IMG/VR virus record: IMGVR_UViG_3300023179_000002
Coordinates: 1-50,720 of that record
Source of the DNA: a virus
Lineage: Duplodnaviria > Caudoviricetes
Strand: one strand, 5' to 3'
Length of the DNA: 50,720 bases
The notes beneath the pieces were generated by a model that had not been told where the DNA came from, did no database searches, and saw only the letters and a program-made list of their open reading frames with translations. This document shows positions 35,201-45,014 of the stretch, piece after piece (positions within the stretch are counted from its first letter, which is position 1; each line of letters starts with the position of its first letter). A program made the position numbers and the translations under genes.

Positions 35201-36642
35201 TACGTTTCGCTTTCTACAACATTGATAAACGCTCCGTTAAGAGCGACTGCTGCGGGCACGGACCAGCTTAATTCAAACACTCTGTCTCTTGCCATCCCTA
35301 AACGGTGCCACGTCACTGTTGTGGCAAATTGTCCCACCGCCCCCAGCGATTGTGTGATGGGGCTCCCCCACGTCGCCCCCCGAGTATCGCTCCAGCGCAA
35401 AGAAACTTTGGGTGGGTTACTTGCGGAAGTCCCGTCAATGGAACCATCGTCAGTACCGACTTGAATATCCGCTGTAAATGACAGGTAAGACACACGGTTA
35501 AAATTGCCTCCAACCAGATGTGCTCCGGATCGAATACGCACAACATCATCTCCATCGTCAGTAAATGACGATAAAGACAACTCGTATAATTTTCCTGTTT
35601 CCCAGTCTTGGACGATATTTTTTCCATAAACTGCTGCGTGGAAAGCTCCTCGAACACGATGTAAATTGCCGTTACTGTCCGACCAAGCTCGTTCGTGCCA
35701 CAGGCCTTGGGACACGTCGTAGACCCATGTCTTATCTGCACTGGGAAAACTTAGTACATAAAAAGTGTGCCCTTGTTGCTGGTACGTATGCCCAATCGCA
35801 TCACTTACTGTGGTGTATTCGGAAAATTCTTTCTCAATAGCATGTGTCGAAATACGTTTAGCTTGATACCCTGTTCCCGCCAGAACCATTCTTTGTCCTT
35901 GCTCGTCTTGTGATAACCAATATACGGACAGATCTTGCATGGCTACGGAGTATTTTGCGACACAACCATGCTCGACAAAGGAACCAGGCATCCGCTGAAA
36001 CGGAAAATCAGCAGAACCGCTATTGTACCAAAGTTCTGTTGTCCGTTGTCCGATCAGCCAGATTTCACGTTGCATGACAATGACGGCTTGAAGTAAGTCG
36101 GGAAAACCGGTCTTCGCAGCAAGGTCCAAGGGGTCAAAAGTGACCGCATTTGAACCACTGATATAAAATTCTTTTGTGTCAGGCCGATTAAACAGTAGAT
36201 ACGTATCCATGTAATCAACACGATCCGCGCCATAGAAACCTGGACTGCTAATAACGGTCATGACGTTTGTGCCCAGATTAATTTGGTAACCTGTGTTTAA
36301 CGTGCCGTCGACAAGTACCGCATCCAGCCCATTATCCACCATAGATACAGGATTTGTTGTTGTGCCGATCGTGCCAATAACCGTCATAACAAAAGAAGAG
36401 TCTACATTATACACCGTGTTTCCAACCACGGCATACAATTTACCATTTGTCGTGGCGTACAACCCTCTACCCGCGGCTTGTGTTGGGGGCGTGGCTAAAA
36501 GAGTCAGTCCTGGAGTAGGGTAATAAGTATAAGGGGACGGCGAATCCTCGGGGTTCTTCTCGGGATATAAATTTACGCAACGCTGTGCATTGGCGATAAT
36601 GCTTCTCGCTTCATAAGAGCCACCAAAAAGCGGAACGCGCAT
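35200..36642 (-). CDS. Packaged DNA stabilisation/tail hub protein (P22 gp10-like)
   Basis: Q.CVNLYPE..PTPGL; LRWSD..G..W...W.RLG.AR.RVFE. Confidence 0.85.
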   Translation of the reverse strand: MRVPLFGGSYEARSIIANAQRCVNLYPEKNPEDSPSPYTYYPTPGLTLLATPPTQAAGRGLYATTNGKLYAVVGNTVYNVDSSFVMTVIGTIGTTTNPVSMVDNGLDAVLVDGTLNTGYQINLGTNVMTVISSPGFYGADRVDYMDTYLLFNRPDTKEFYISGSNAVTFDPLDLAAKTGFPDLLQAVIVMQREIWLIGQRTTELWYNSGSADFPFQRMPGSFVEHGCVAKYSVAMQDLSVYWLSQDEQGQRMVLAGTGYQAKRISTHAIEKEFSEYTTVSDAIGHTYQQQGHTFYVLSFPSADKTWVYDVSQGLWHERAWSDSNGNLHRVRGAFHAAVYGKNIVQDWETGKLYELSLSSFTDDGDDVVRIRSGAHLVGGNFNRVSYLSFTADIQVGTDDGSIDGTSASNPPKVSLRWSDTRGATWGSPITQSLGAVGQFATTVTWHRLGMARDRVFELSWSVPAAVALNGAFINVVESET

Positions 36643-37364
36643 TAGTAAGACCTATCACTATAGTAATCGTAGATGCCAGGCCGCACCACGTCTGCGGGCA
36701 TTCGCAGCCTAGGCACTTGAGTGTTGGCATTACGGATAAGATTCAAAGCATTCTTCGCCTGTTTCATAAGGTCCGGTCTTTCCGGCAACTGGTAATGTAT
36801 CCGTAGCCGTACCGCGAGATTGTATAACAGTGCCGCTTCATATTCCGCAGGGAGCACCACGGTTTGAGACAGGGATGTAAACTGTGACAAGATCGCCTTG
36901 TACGTAATGTGCATTGAATAAATGTTAGCTAAGGGAATGGGCCAAAAATAAATGGTGCCCGTTGGAAAAGCTGAGTCATAGAAAAATGCAGTTGGGAAAG
37001 AGGACAAACTTTTCAACCGGATCATATCGTAATCTTCCTTGGCGTACAACTGTTCCAAGGGGTAATCCGGCTGGTTTGGGGAACTTACATTAATTTGCCT
37101 TAAAAAAGCCGATTCAATTTGATCGGGTCGAGGGCTTATGTTGTAGTTTCCTCCCGACCCGACTGTATACGATTGCGCCCCCGTGGAAACCACCGAGGTC
37201 GTCACCAAATGCCACACAAGCCAACGATCTCGCTGCCATTGCGCCAACATCATATTCATAAGGGTGAAAGCATCATTAGAATCTTCTGCGCTGGCTGTCT
37301 GCCCCACACCTAAAATCCCTGCTTGCTTTAAGGCAAGATTAATGATGCTTCCCGTCGTGGCCAT
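36642..37364 (-). CDS. Head-to-tail adaptor (P22 gp4-like)
   Basis: II..AL...G....G....A....DA...N.M..W; Y.AL.YNLA. Confidence 0.8.
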   Translation of the reverse strand: MATTGSIINLALKQAGILGVGQTASAEDSNDAFTLMNMMLAQWQRDRWLVWHLVTTSVVSTGAQSYTVGSGGNYNISPRPDQIESAFLRQINVSSPNQPDYPLEQLYAKEDYDMIRLKSLSSFPTAFFYDSAFPTGTIYFWPIPLANIYSMHITYKAILSQFTSLSQTVVLPAEYEAALLYNLAVRLRIHYQLPERPDLMKQAKNALNLIRNANTQVPRLRMPADVVRPGIYDYYSDRSY

Positions 37365-37366
37365 TG

Positions 37367-37561
37367 TTATTCCTTCTTGAGGGTCAATTTTTCATCAGAA
37401 AACTTTTTCTTACTGGTGTCTTCTAAAGAAGCTTTGCCCAGCACAATGTCCTCTTCTTTTTTACTGTTCACAATAACTGACTCCCCATCAATTCCTTTTA
37501 CCCATTTTGGGTACTCTTGGAACACATAGTCGGGGAAACGCATAGAAGAATAAAGAGTCAT
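37367..37561 (-). CDS. Small conserved virion-region protein
   Basis: FQEYPKW...V.S..EE; GGAG RBS. Confidence 0.65.
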   Translation of the reverse strand: MTLYSSMRFPDYVFQEYPKWVKGIDGESVIVNSKKEEDIVLGKASLEDTSKKKFSDEKLTLKKE

Positions 37562-37575
37562 GATACACTCCGGTT

Positions 37576-37606
37576 AGAGAAAAGGAGGGGGAATATCCCC
37601 CTCCTT
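37576..37606 (-). terminator. Intrinsic terminator after the coat gene
   Basis: AAGGAGGGGG-N5-CCCCCTCCTT stem followed by a T-rich run on the - strand. Confidence 0.7.
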
Positions 37607-37616
37607 CCCGACAAAA

Positions 37617-38837
37617 TTATATCGCGTCAGGAACGATACATGCCCATTCAGGGCGGACAAACAAGTAACCATACAAGATGTCCATACGGGTAATAAACTG
37701 ATCCGTAGACACGTTGTATGCGGTCACCATACGCATGGACACACCGTCATAGCTGTCACGCGCAGCTTCATGAACACCGCGGGGGAGTTCAAGATCCGCC
37801 GTCGCCATCGTCACCGCTTGCGGCGCATACGCAAAGTTTTTGCGGTACACGGCGTTTGCAGGTGTTTGAGTGGCGAGGGCAATCGTGGCACCGTTCGCAG
37901 GTGACGCATCAACTGTCTGATACTGCACTGCGTTGCCGCCAGAAGCAGGGATCAGGGCAGGGTAGATGCTCAACTGGGTTGCACCACTGGCCGCAGCAGC
38001 AGTCACCACAAACTGACGGAGTTGACCCGTGGTTTGTTTGGTGATGCGGTTCACCGCGTTCACACTAGCAAAGGTGATGATATCACCTTTGGCCAGAGTT
38101 CCCGTGATGGCGTTGGTCACAATCGTGCTACCTGTTTGGTTCGCACCGTTGACCGTACCCGAAGAGAAGCTGCCAGTCGTATGCTTGATAACAACTTGGT
38201 CCATGTACCAATCGAAACCAAGAGCACTCGCCATGATACCACTACGGTATTGATCCGAGATCTCTTTGGTAGGATTGAACAGGCCCGAGAGTGTCGCCAC
38301 TGTACGCGCTTGAGTAAACGGATCCAGAATAATCTTGCGATTACCCATGGGGGCCGAGTTGATGTCCAGCGCCGCACCTGCTTGCAGGAACGTGGTGGCG
38401 GTGGGCGAGATAATTGCACCTGAGCCGGTGTCGTTGTTAGCGACGATGTTGCAGATGCCACCTTCTGTGCCCGTCATGATGTCATAGGCAACCGAGCCAG
38501 CGAGGTTGTTGATGGCGGGGGCCAGCACACGCTCACTGTAGTCGTCAATGCTCATGGTACGTTCTTGTGAACTGAACGAGATGTCCACACCTTTCTGAGT
38601 GGCCAGAACCATCGTGGTGCTGGTTTCAGCGGTGTCTTGAACGCTCGCCGCAGCGCCTGTACGAACGACATAATCGTTAGGCAGACGGATACGCAGCGAT
38701 GTACCAATCTTCGCACCAGTTTGGGCGAAGCTGTCATCGTATTGCATATCGATGTTTTGAAGAAAAGCGTTGCTGTTCTTCCACAACATGACCGCCTCGC
38801 GGGTGATCATGTTGATAGTAAGTAATGAGTTTGCCAT
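37617..38837 (-). CDS. Major capsid protein (P22 gp5 family)
   Basis: MANSLLTI.MITREA, KIG..LRIRLP, R.D.LYG....RPEW; AAGGAG RBS. Confidence 0.92.
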   Translation of the reverse strand: MANSLLTINMITREAVMLWKNSNAFLQNIDMQYDDSFAQTGAKIGTSLRIRLPNDYVVRTGAAASVQDTAETSTTMVLATQKGVDISFSSQERTMSIDDYSERVLAPAINNLAGSVAYDIMTGTEGGICNIVANNDTGSGAIISPTATTFLQAGAALDINSAPMGNRKIILDPFTQARTVATLSGLFNPTKEISDQYRSGIMASALGFDWYMDQVVIKHTTGSFSSGTVNGANQTGSTIVTNAITGTLAKGDIITFASVNAVNRITKQTTGQLRQFVVTAAAASGATQLSIYPALIPASGGNAVQYQTVDASPANGATIALATQTPANAVYRKNFAYAPQAVTMATADLELPRGVHEAARDSYDGVSMRMVTAYNVSTDQFITRMDILYGYLFVRPEWACIVPDAI

Positions 38838-39051
38838 GTGAGTTTCTCCTTCGGTTGGCATCTCTGAGATGCAGCGATAGGGTAGTGCCCTAAACCCGCT
38901 GCGGGAGTAGGGACAAGATCAATCTTTACGGTCAGAAAAAAACGACCACGCAGACCACAAAGATTTGCCTGACTCAAAGGCTCACAGTGCCCGTGACTGT
39001 GATTTTTGACGGGCTACGCACCTGTAATTACCCTTACAGGGAAGGGATCTC

Positions 39052-39900
39052 TTATCGCCGGCGACGACTTTCTCGTTGCTCGGTCCGTCTCTTGATGTAC
39101 TCCTCCATCGGCAGACGAGGATCATCAAGGTTATAAGCAACCGTTGCCCTTCCCGTGTTCACAGGCGTAACAGGCGCGGGCGCACTTGACACGGCTTTTG
39201 ACGGAGGCTTACCCAGCTTTGTATCCAACTTAGCCAGTTCCACGGCCATCCGCGCCACAGGCAAAGCCGCTAAACTTTGGGCTTCTTCTGGATTTTGTCC
39301 AAGGTGGTACAGAACTTTGTGGGCGTTATCTAGCTCCAATACCGTCGACACAAACAAAGCGTTGGAGGGATCAAGGACCCCCGCAAGGTTTAAATTGTCT
39401 GCCGCGGAGCGAAATTCCTGTTCCCCGTATTCTGTACGCCCCTTATTGTAAGCTTGGGTTGCTTTATCGGCGTACTCTTTTTCTTGTAAAGCTTGTCGCG
39501 CCTTTTGTTCCGCGACCTTCTCCACCAAAGTCTGGAAAGTTTCGTTGTCTACCGTCCCCGTGTTTGTCCCAGTCCCGCTCTCCCCACTCGGCTTAGTGGT
39601 CCGCAGTTTATTCAGTTCTTCTTTAATTCGTTGCGCTTCAAGACGAGCCGCCTCTGCTTCACGACGAGCATCTGCTTTCTCCTTGGTCAGAACATTAATT
39701 CTGTTTTGAAACCAGGGATTTTTCTTCGGGGTCGCATCTTCCGGTTTTTCAGTAGCAGAAGCGTCTGCTGCCTCTGTACTCTTCTCTTCTGGCTCGGCTC
39801 TTGTCTCAGGTGCCGGTGTGTTTTCCGTAGGGACAGGAAGAGGTTCCGGTGTAACTACAGGTTCGTTTGGTTGTGCATTGTCTTGCATGGGGTTTCCCAA
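39052..39900 (-). CDS. Scaffolding protein
   Basis: Acidic/Pro-rich N-terminus, RI..LT coiled coil, Y.LG.NPE, APAP..PV, basic C-terminus. Confidence 0.85.
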   Translation of the reverse strand: MGNPMQDNAQPNEPVVTPEPLPVPTENTPAPETRAEPEEKSTEAADASATEKPEDATPKKNPWFQNRINVLTKEKADARREAEAARLEAQRIKEELNKLRTTKPSGESGTGTNTGTVDNETFQTLVEKVAEQKARQALQEKEYADKATQAYNKGRTEYGEQEFRSAADNLNLAGVLDPSNALFVSTVLELDNAHKVLYHLGQNPEEAQSLAALPVARMAVELAKLDTKLGKPPSKAVSSAPAPVTPVNTGRATVAYNLDDPRLPMEEYIKRRTEQRESRRRR

Positions 39901-40080
39901 GATGATTTACACCATGTGCCGCATGGCTACGGTTAGCACAGTCTAACAGGAAACTGGAACCACCCTCTGTGCATCAAGGCGGTAGCTTTTTTCATCGCAG
40001 TGTCTTTGTCCATAAAATAAAAAATTCGATCGTCCGCAAAAAGAATCCAGATGTCTTTTTCCCACTCATACAAATGCAGC

Positions 40081-40377
40081 CTACGAGGCAGAAGTGTACG
40101 ATTGTCGTGCGGGGGCGGCGGGTCTAAGACTTGCATCTTTTGTCAAAATGTCAAAAATTTCTTCCTTCATGGACGAAGGGTATTTTTCTTGACCAAGTAA
40201 ATCCGCCAAGGATTCCCGTGCAGTCCGAATAAAATATCTCCACATAAGCTCCACATAGACTTTTTGGTCAGGAAAATCTTTGTAGAAAGCATTGTTGGAG
40301 GATGCCATATACTCATACTGAGCTGCCGCCATTTCCTTGGCGATTTTTGCGATAGCTTTATGGACGTATTTTTGCAT
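40081..40377 (-). CDS. Conserved hypothetical protein
   Basis: 98 aa between portal and scaffold. Confidence 0.65.
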   Translation of the reverse strand: MQKYVHKAIAKIAKEMAAAQYEYMASSNNAFYKDFPDQKVYVELMWRYFIRTARESLADLLGQEKYPSSMKEEIFDILTKDASLRPAAPARQSYTSAS

Positions 40378-42472
40378 TATCCACGACTCCTATGTTGTTA
40401 ATCGAATCGGTCTCCTGCAAATCCTGCGTGACTCTTAGGTTTTGCATTTGCAGCATCCGCATCATCTGCTGCATTTGTTGCTCATTAATGCGAACCTCGG
40501 GTAACACAACTTTGAGGCGATCGCTGATTGCACGATACTCATCGACTTCCGTCTTCTTCTCTTGGTTACGAGTTTTTAGACGCTCCTCACCCAGTTGCTG
40601 CGTCAGGACATCCACCAAACTCGTCGCTGTCTGTAGTTGTTGCTGTAACTGCATCACTTCAGGTGGCGGCCCTTCCCCTTTGGCCTGAGGCGGCACGAGG
40701 CGAGCTAGGCGCTCTGCAATCTCATCTGCGCCTGGGAAATCGGCATTTTTAAACAAGAGATCCCCTGCAACCTCGACCAGTTGCGGATTTTGGGTGACAA
40801 TCAAACTAAAGGCGTCAAACGCTTCTTGGCGTTTTGTTGCATAGGCAGGTCCTACCTGAGCAAAGACATCGTATTTGCCCACCTTGGGGTTGAAGACGGC
40901 AGAAACTTGTCTCGCCAACTTCATCTGCTGCGCTTGGTAGGCGATAGCTTGCTGCGGATCGATTTCAATTTCTTGTTGGGTACCGTCAGGACCCATAATC
41001 TTCACCACTCGGGCTGTGTCATAGATTTTAGGGATCAAATCCAGCAAAATTTTCCCCGTGAACTTTACACCCACTGCAAGGTTATTGCTGTAATGGTACG
41101 TGGCGTTTTCCCCTTGACGCTGCCGTCCTGTGATAGCTCGGCCCGTTCTCTCATTACCACCTTCTCCAAACATCGGCGCAAACTGCCCCGACACCATCGC
41201 CATGTCGTTAGCAGACACCTGCATCCCCTGAATATAAGCTTGTGCCATCTGAGGGGGCATTTCACGTGTAGGACGCGGTATAGGGTTTCCGTCTTCATCA
41301 ATGTCGTTATACGGTAAAAACGCCAAGTTCACGCGGTTCGCGTCTTTCCAGTACGATTCAAGACCCGCAACAGCACGAGAGGGCGTAATGTACGGAATTT
41401 TGTTCTGTAAACAAACGCTTTCGACAGCGGACGATGACCAATAGTTATAGATACGCTGGGGATCTTTCATTGCACGGACATGACCTTTACGATCAATGCT
41501 TCCATCAATGAGATACTCTTCTCCCACAATCATGACGACGGGGATATATTTACCTGGCCACTCACGTTCTTCAATGACTTTATTTCCCGCGATTTTGTAC
41601 CACTGGATTTTTTTACGGGCCACCTCGCGTTTACGAAGAGCTTTATATTCCTCTTTTGAATACTGCGCCCAGATTTCGGCGGGAATGCTGCTCTTCAGCA
41701 CCATTGTTTCTTCGCCGTCCGAATTTTTAATCGCAATCAACGTGTCTTTTTCTTCGATCTGGCGATAGTATTCGGCCACACGAACATGGTCCTTCGCCAG
41801 CCAGGTATCGGTGTTTCCCAAAGCTGCATTGCCCACTTCCCCTGCATACTCAGGGTAAAGACGCTCAAACTCTTTCTTTGGCACATCATCAAATACAAAC
41901 GCAAAACGTGCATCGGACTTATCGATCTCAAGGCAATCAGGGTCAATGTACACTGAGAGGGGGTCTTTAATGCGTCGGATATAAATCTCCTGATCAAAAG
42001 ATTCATCGTCCGCATATTCAGTGATCACACGCCAACAGCCCATCCCCGCCCGGACCTGTGTGTTCATGGCCCATTCATACACTTCTGACGCAGAAGAGAT
42101 ATATTCAATGCGACGAACCAAGCCTTCAAACGCTTTGGCCGCTTCCAACGTCGCGCCGTCCCCTGAGGGGATATACGAGATTGCGGGCTTATTTTGTTTT
42201 GCGTCGTTTAAAATTTGCAAACAGTGCTGACGAACTTTATTGATCGTTAAACAGGGCCGATCGTTTGTGTCACGGTTGTCCCGAATATTATTCGGCCACT
42301 GATACCCGTTGTCAGAATCCCCTTCCGAAAACTTGTAGTCGTCGAGGTAACGGATACGCGCATTGGCTTCCCATTGCTCACAACGATTAAACCGCTCTTT
42401 AGCCTCCTGAACAACCTTTTCGTCGTCACTAAGCGCGACGGTTTCAGAAGACTTCCTTTTTTTTCCCGCCAT
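40358..42472 (-). CDS. Portal protein (P22-like)
   Basis: G.QW, RPCLTINK, KDPQR.YNYW, G.AI..RQ.QG, GKYDV...GP.Y.T.RQE. Confidence 0.93.
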   Translation of the reverse strand: MAGKKRKSSETVALSDDEKVVQEAKERFNRCEQWEANARIRYLDDYKFSEGDSDNGYQWPNNIRDNRDTNDRPCLTINKVRQHCLQILNDAKQNKPAISYIPSGDGATLEAAKAFEGLVRRIEYISSASEVYEWAMNTQVRAGMGCWRVITEYADDESFDQEIYIRRIKDPLSVYIDPDCLEIDKSDARFAFVFDDVPKKEFERLYPEYAGEVGNAALGNTDTWLAKDHVRVAEYYRQIEEKDTLIAIKNSDGEETMVLKSSIPAEIWAQYSKEEYKALRKREVARKKIQWYKIAGNKVIEEREWPGKYIPVVMIVGEEYLIDGSIDRKGHVRAMKDPQRIYNYWSSSAVESVCLQNKIPYITPSRAVAGLESYWKDANRVNLAFLPYNDIDEDGNPIPRPTREMPPQMAQAYIQGMQVSANDMAMVSGQFAPMFGEGGNERTGRAITGRQRQGENATYHYSNNLAVGVKFTGKILLDLIPKIYDTARVVKIMGPDGTQQEIEIDPQQAIAYQAQQMKLARQVSAVFNPKVGKYDVFAQVGPAYATKRQEAFDAFSLIVTQNPQLVEVAGDLLFKNADFPGADEIAERLARLVPPQAKGEGPPPEVMQLQQQLQTATSLVDVLTQQLGEERLKTRNQEKKTEVDEYRAISDRLKVVLPEVRINEQQMQQMMRMLQMQNLRVTQDLQETDSINNIGVVDNAKIRP

Positions 42473-43818
42473 TAGCGCATCCACCCTGTCAGGGAGGCCA
42501 TACCAAAGTCGAAAGTTTTAGGGACAGCAGTTTGCGGTAAGGGAATACCTTTTCGCATATCGATCTCTCCTTTATCTGAGATGCTTAAAGCCAACTGCGC
42601 GAACGCATCGGCGCCATGGCTAAATTCGTCGTGAAGAGGTGACCTTGTGCGGACACCCTCTCTAACGCCATACCGGTATCGGCGTAAACATTGAAGTCCA
42701 GCGGACGTTTTGCTTTCGTCAAAATAACAGTACGGAAAAATCGACCGCACGGCTTCGATCCCTAGGTTTTTGTCCGGCATACGTTTAAGAACTTTTACCG
42801 ACCGACCCATGTCCCGTAGGCGCCTGGCAAGGCTTTTCCCATTGGCAGAAATGGTCTCATGATCAGCGTCATGAGGAAGATAATCTATCCCGTAGATATA
42901 GTTCTTTTCCTGCATTTTTCGCACAAAGAACTCTAAGGTCTTTTGACTGTCTTCCATGTAATCTAAGATGCGATATTCAAATCCAATCTTCTGCGCGAAC
43001 CATATCGCAGTTTTATCACGCCACCCCAAATCCCAAAAAGTATGCACAGGCTTTGTGTTGCTATAAGGAACTTTGGTAATGCGTCCTTCGGACACTGCAG
43101 CACGCAGTTCTTCGGCATAGACAGCACCTTCCAGCGCCTGACGACAATGCCCTTCCCAGACATGGAGATAGGCATCTGTATCACGAGCCCGTAGGTCTTC
43201 CATCTCCTTCAGCAAGGTTTCACTGAAGAACGGATTGTCTTTATAAATAACTTTTCGCACCATCGCACCTGACGGTGGATTAACGACAAACCGTCTATAC
43301 GTTTCGTCGGTATCAAGTTCAGGGTTGAACGAAATCCAGATCTCACTGTCGGGCTTACGTATGGTCGGGATCAATACGTCCCAACTAATCTTCGAAACCG
43401 TCTGCGCTTCTTCAACCCAGCAAATGTCGATCCCTTCAATGGATTTGATCGACTGAATGTTGTGTCGCATACCCTCGAAAATAAATTCGGACCCATTGCT
43501 ACCTAAGATCGTGGTGTTTTGCACTTCATAGTAGCGGCGTAGATCCATCATCTCGATCTGATCTGACAGAAGTTTATGCACAGAGTCTTTAATTGAATTT
43601 TGAAATTCACGCGCACAAAGGACACGGGTCGGTTTCTGAAGACACTTTAAGAGGAGCGCCCGACCAAAATTCCAGCTTTTCCCCGAACCACGGCCCCCGT
43701 AAAACACCTTATACCGAGCGGGTTGGAACAAATCCATAAAGGCAGGAGGAAACTCTGCCTGTACCCTTCGCTCAAACTTTTTCTCCGCAGACGGAGGAAC
43801 TATCCCCGTTTCAGACAT
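42472..43818 (-). CDS. terL: Terminase large subunit (PBSX/Terminase_3 type)
   Basis: YGGRGSGKS, CARE.QNSI.DS, WVEEA, WDLG..D, SHGADAF. Confidence 0.95.
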   Translation of the reverse strand: MSETGIVPPSAEKKFERRVQAEFPPAFMDLFQPARYKVFYGGRGSGKSWNFGRALLLKCLQKPTRVLCAREFQNSIKDSVHKLLSDQIEMMDLRRYYEVQNTTILGSNGSEFIFEGMRHNIQSIKSIEGIDICWVEEAQTVSKISWDVLIPTIRKPDSEIWISFNPELDTDETYRRFVVNPPSGAMVRKVIYKDNPFFSETLLKEMEDLRARDTDAYLHVWEGHCRQALEGAVYAEELRAAVSEGRITKVPYSNTKPVHTFWDLGWRDKTAIWFAQKIGFEYRILDYMEDSQKTLEFFVRKMQEKNYIYGIDYLPHDADHETISANGKSLARRLRDMGRSVKVLKRMPDKNLGIEAVRSIFPYCYFDESKTSAGLQCLRRYRYGVREGVRTRSPLHDEFSHGADAFAQLALSISDKGEIDMRKGIPLPQTAVPKTFDFGMASLTGWMR

Positions 43819-44054
43819 TCAAACGCGCCTTTCAGACTTTCATCCCCAACGGAACCCTTAGGGCCCTCTTGTCCAGGATGTACTTCTGAAAAACGCTCAC
43901 TGAAACTATAGCCATTTTCCTTGTCGTAAACGGACTTTGATACGATGTATCCGTTATCGATTTTACGAACAGAGGTGGACGCAGTGTCCTCGTTGTACAT
44001 CGGCATGGCTTTAATCGCCGCCGTGTCACTTTTTCTGCCGGTTTTTTTGTGCAT
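43800..44054 (-). CDS. Hypothetical protein
   Basis: AGGAG RBS; VRKIDNGYIV. Confidence 0.6.
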   Translation of the reverse strand: MHKKTGRKSDTAAIKAMPMYNEDTASTSVRKIDNGYIVSKSVYDKENGYSFSERFSEVHPGQEGPKGSVGDESLKGAFECLKRG

Positions 44055-44063
44055 CGTCGTCTC

Positions 44064-44336
44064 CTACTTGTTTCGGTTATTGAGATGATGGACTGCTTTC
44101 GACATCTGAGAAACATAGTTTCGTTGTCGCGCAGATGTTTTACTAAGCTCTAGCTGCCCCGCCACCGTGTTCTCGGCCTTAACGGTCCCTTTCAAGGGGT
44201 CATAGCCTTCGCTCAAACCTGGAGATTTTGCGCTAGGAGCCATTTTAGCAAACTTTCGGACTTGTTTGTCTGTCGACAAATTCTGCCCGACAATCTGCCT
44301 TTTTTCGCTTCCATGGCCTCTTATGTCCTTTGGCAT
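44064..44336 (-). CDS. Basic hypothetical protein
   Basis: 90 aa, operon packing. Confidence 0.55.
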   Translation of the reverse strand: MPKDIRGHGSEKRQIVGQNLSTDKQVRKFAKMAPSAKSPGLSEGYDPLKGTVKAENTVAGQLELSKTSARQRNYVSQMSKAVHHLNNRNK

Positions 44337-44339
44337 GAC

Positions 44340-44471
44340 CTACTTCTTTCTGCCTTTTTGCGCGGGCATTTGTTTTGATTTGTAAGTATCGGAGGAGACC
44401 TTCTTTGCAGGAGGCATCATCTTCTTTTCGTTCCCTTTGGGGGACATCTTTGTTGAGCATTGTTTTTTCAT
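44340..44471 (-). CDS. 43 aa Lys-rich protein (not in the ORF track)
   Basis: MKKQCSTKMSPKGNEKKMMPPAKK...GRKK; AAGGTGA upstream. Confidence 0.45.
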   Translation of the reverse strand: MKKQCSTKMSPKGNEKKMMPPAKKVSSDTYKSKQMPAQKGRKK

Positions 44472-44535
44472 GGGTCACCTTGTTCACGCGAAGAAGGCCA
44501 AGGGAGCGATACACTCTCCCTTGGCCTTAGTTTCC

Positions 44536-44988
44536 TTAGGCATATTTCAACTGACCTGAACCCAGCAAGCTGGTACCATCGTAGACGAAGGTCAACAAGT
44601 CTGTGGCTGAAGCCGTTGTGGTCAACGTCGGCGCTGACGCCCCAACCCATTTAAAGTTGGAACCATACGTCAACGTGCGGTTGCCTGTACCATCCTGAAC
44701 AACTTTCACGCGGAACACCTGACCTGATTGCAGGTTGGTGGGGTTCGCAATGAAACGGTTGCCTCCCAGAGTGACCGAGAACAAGTTCGAAAGGCGGGCG
44801 TCAATCGAAATTGTTGCGGCATCCGTCAGCGCGGCCACTGGACGCGCATATTGGGCCAAATCATCAACTGTCACAGCGTTGCTCTGAGGTTGACGACCAT
44901 TAGCGAATTGCGTATCGGCAGCGATGCGTTCATCACCCGACAAAGGGAAAGTGGCCAGATCGAGGCCGTTTGTGGTAAAACCTGACAT
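44536..44988 (-). CDS. Stand-alone beta-sandwich virion/fibre-type domain protein
   Basis: LTDAATI..D..N.F.VTLGGNR..NPTN..G..QDGTG.RTLT.G..KW; AGGAG RBS. Confidence 0.75.
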   Translation of the reverse strand: MSGFTTNGLDLATFPLSGDERIAADTQFANGRQPQSNAVTVDDLAQYARPVAALTDAATISIDARLSNLFSVTLGGNRFIANPTNLQSGQVFRVKVVQDGTGNRTLTYGSNFKWVGASAPTLTTTASATDLLTFVYDGTSLLGSGQLKYA

Positions 44989-45014
44989 AGGTATTCTCCT
45001 TGGAGTAGTTGTTA

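Noticed and set aside
37328-37342. TTAA-N7-TTAA inside the gp4-like gene
   Set aside because: Intragenic and lacks the flanking C; consistent with a chance match.
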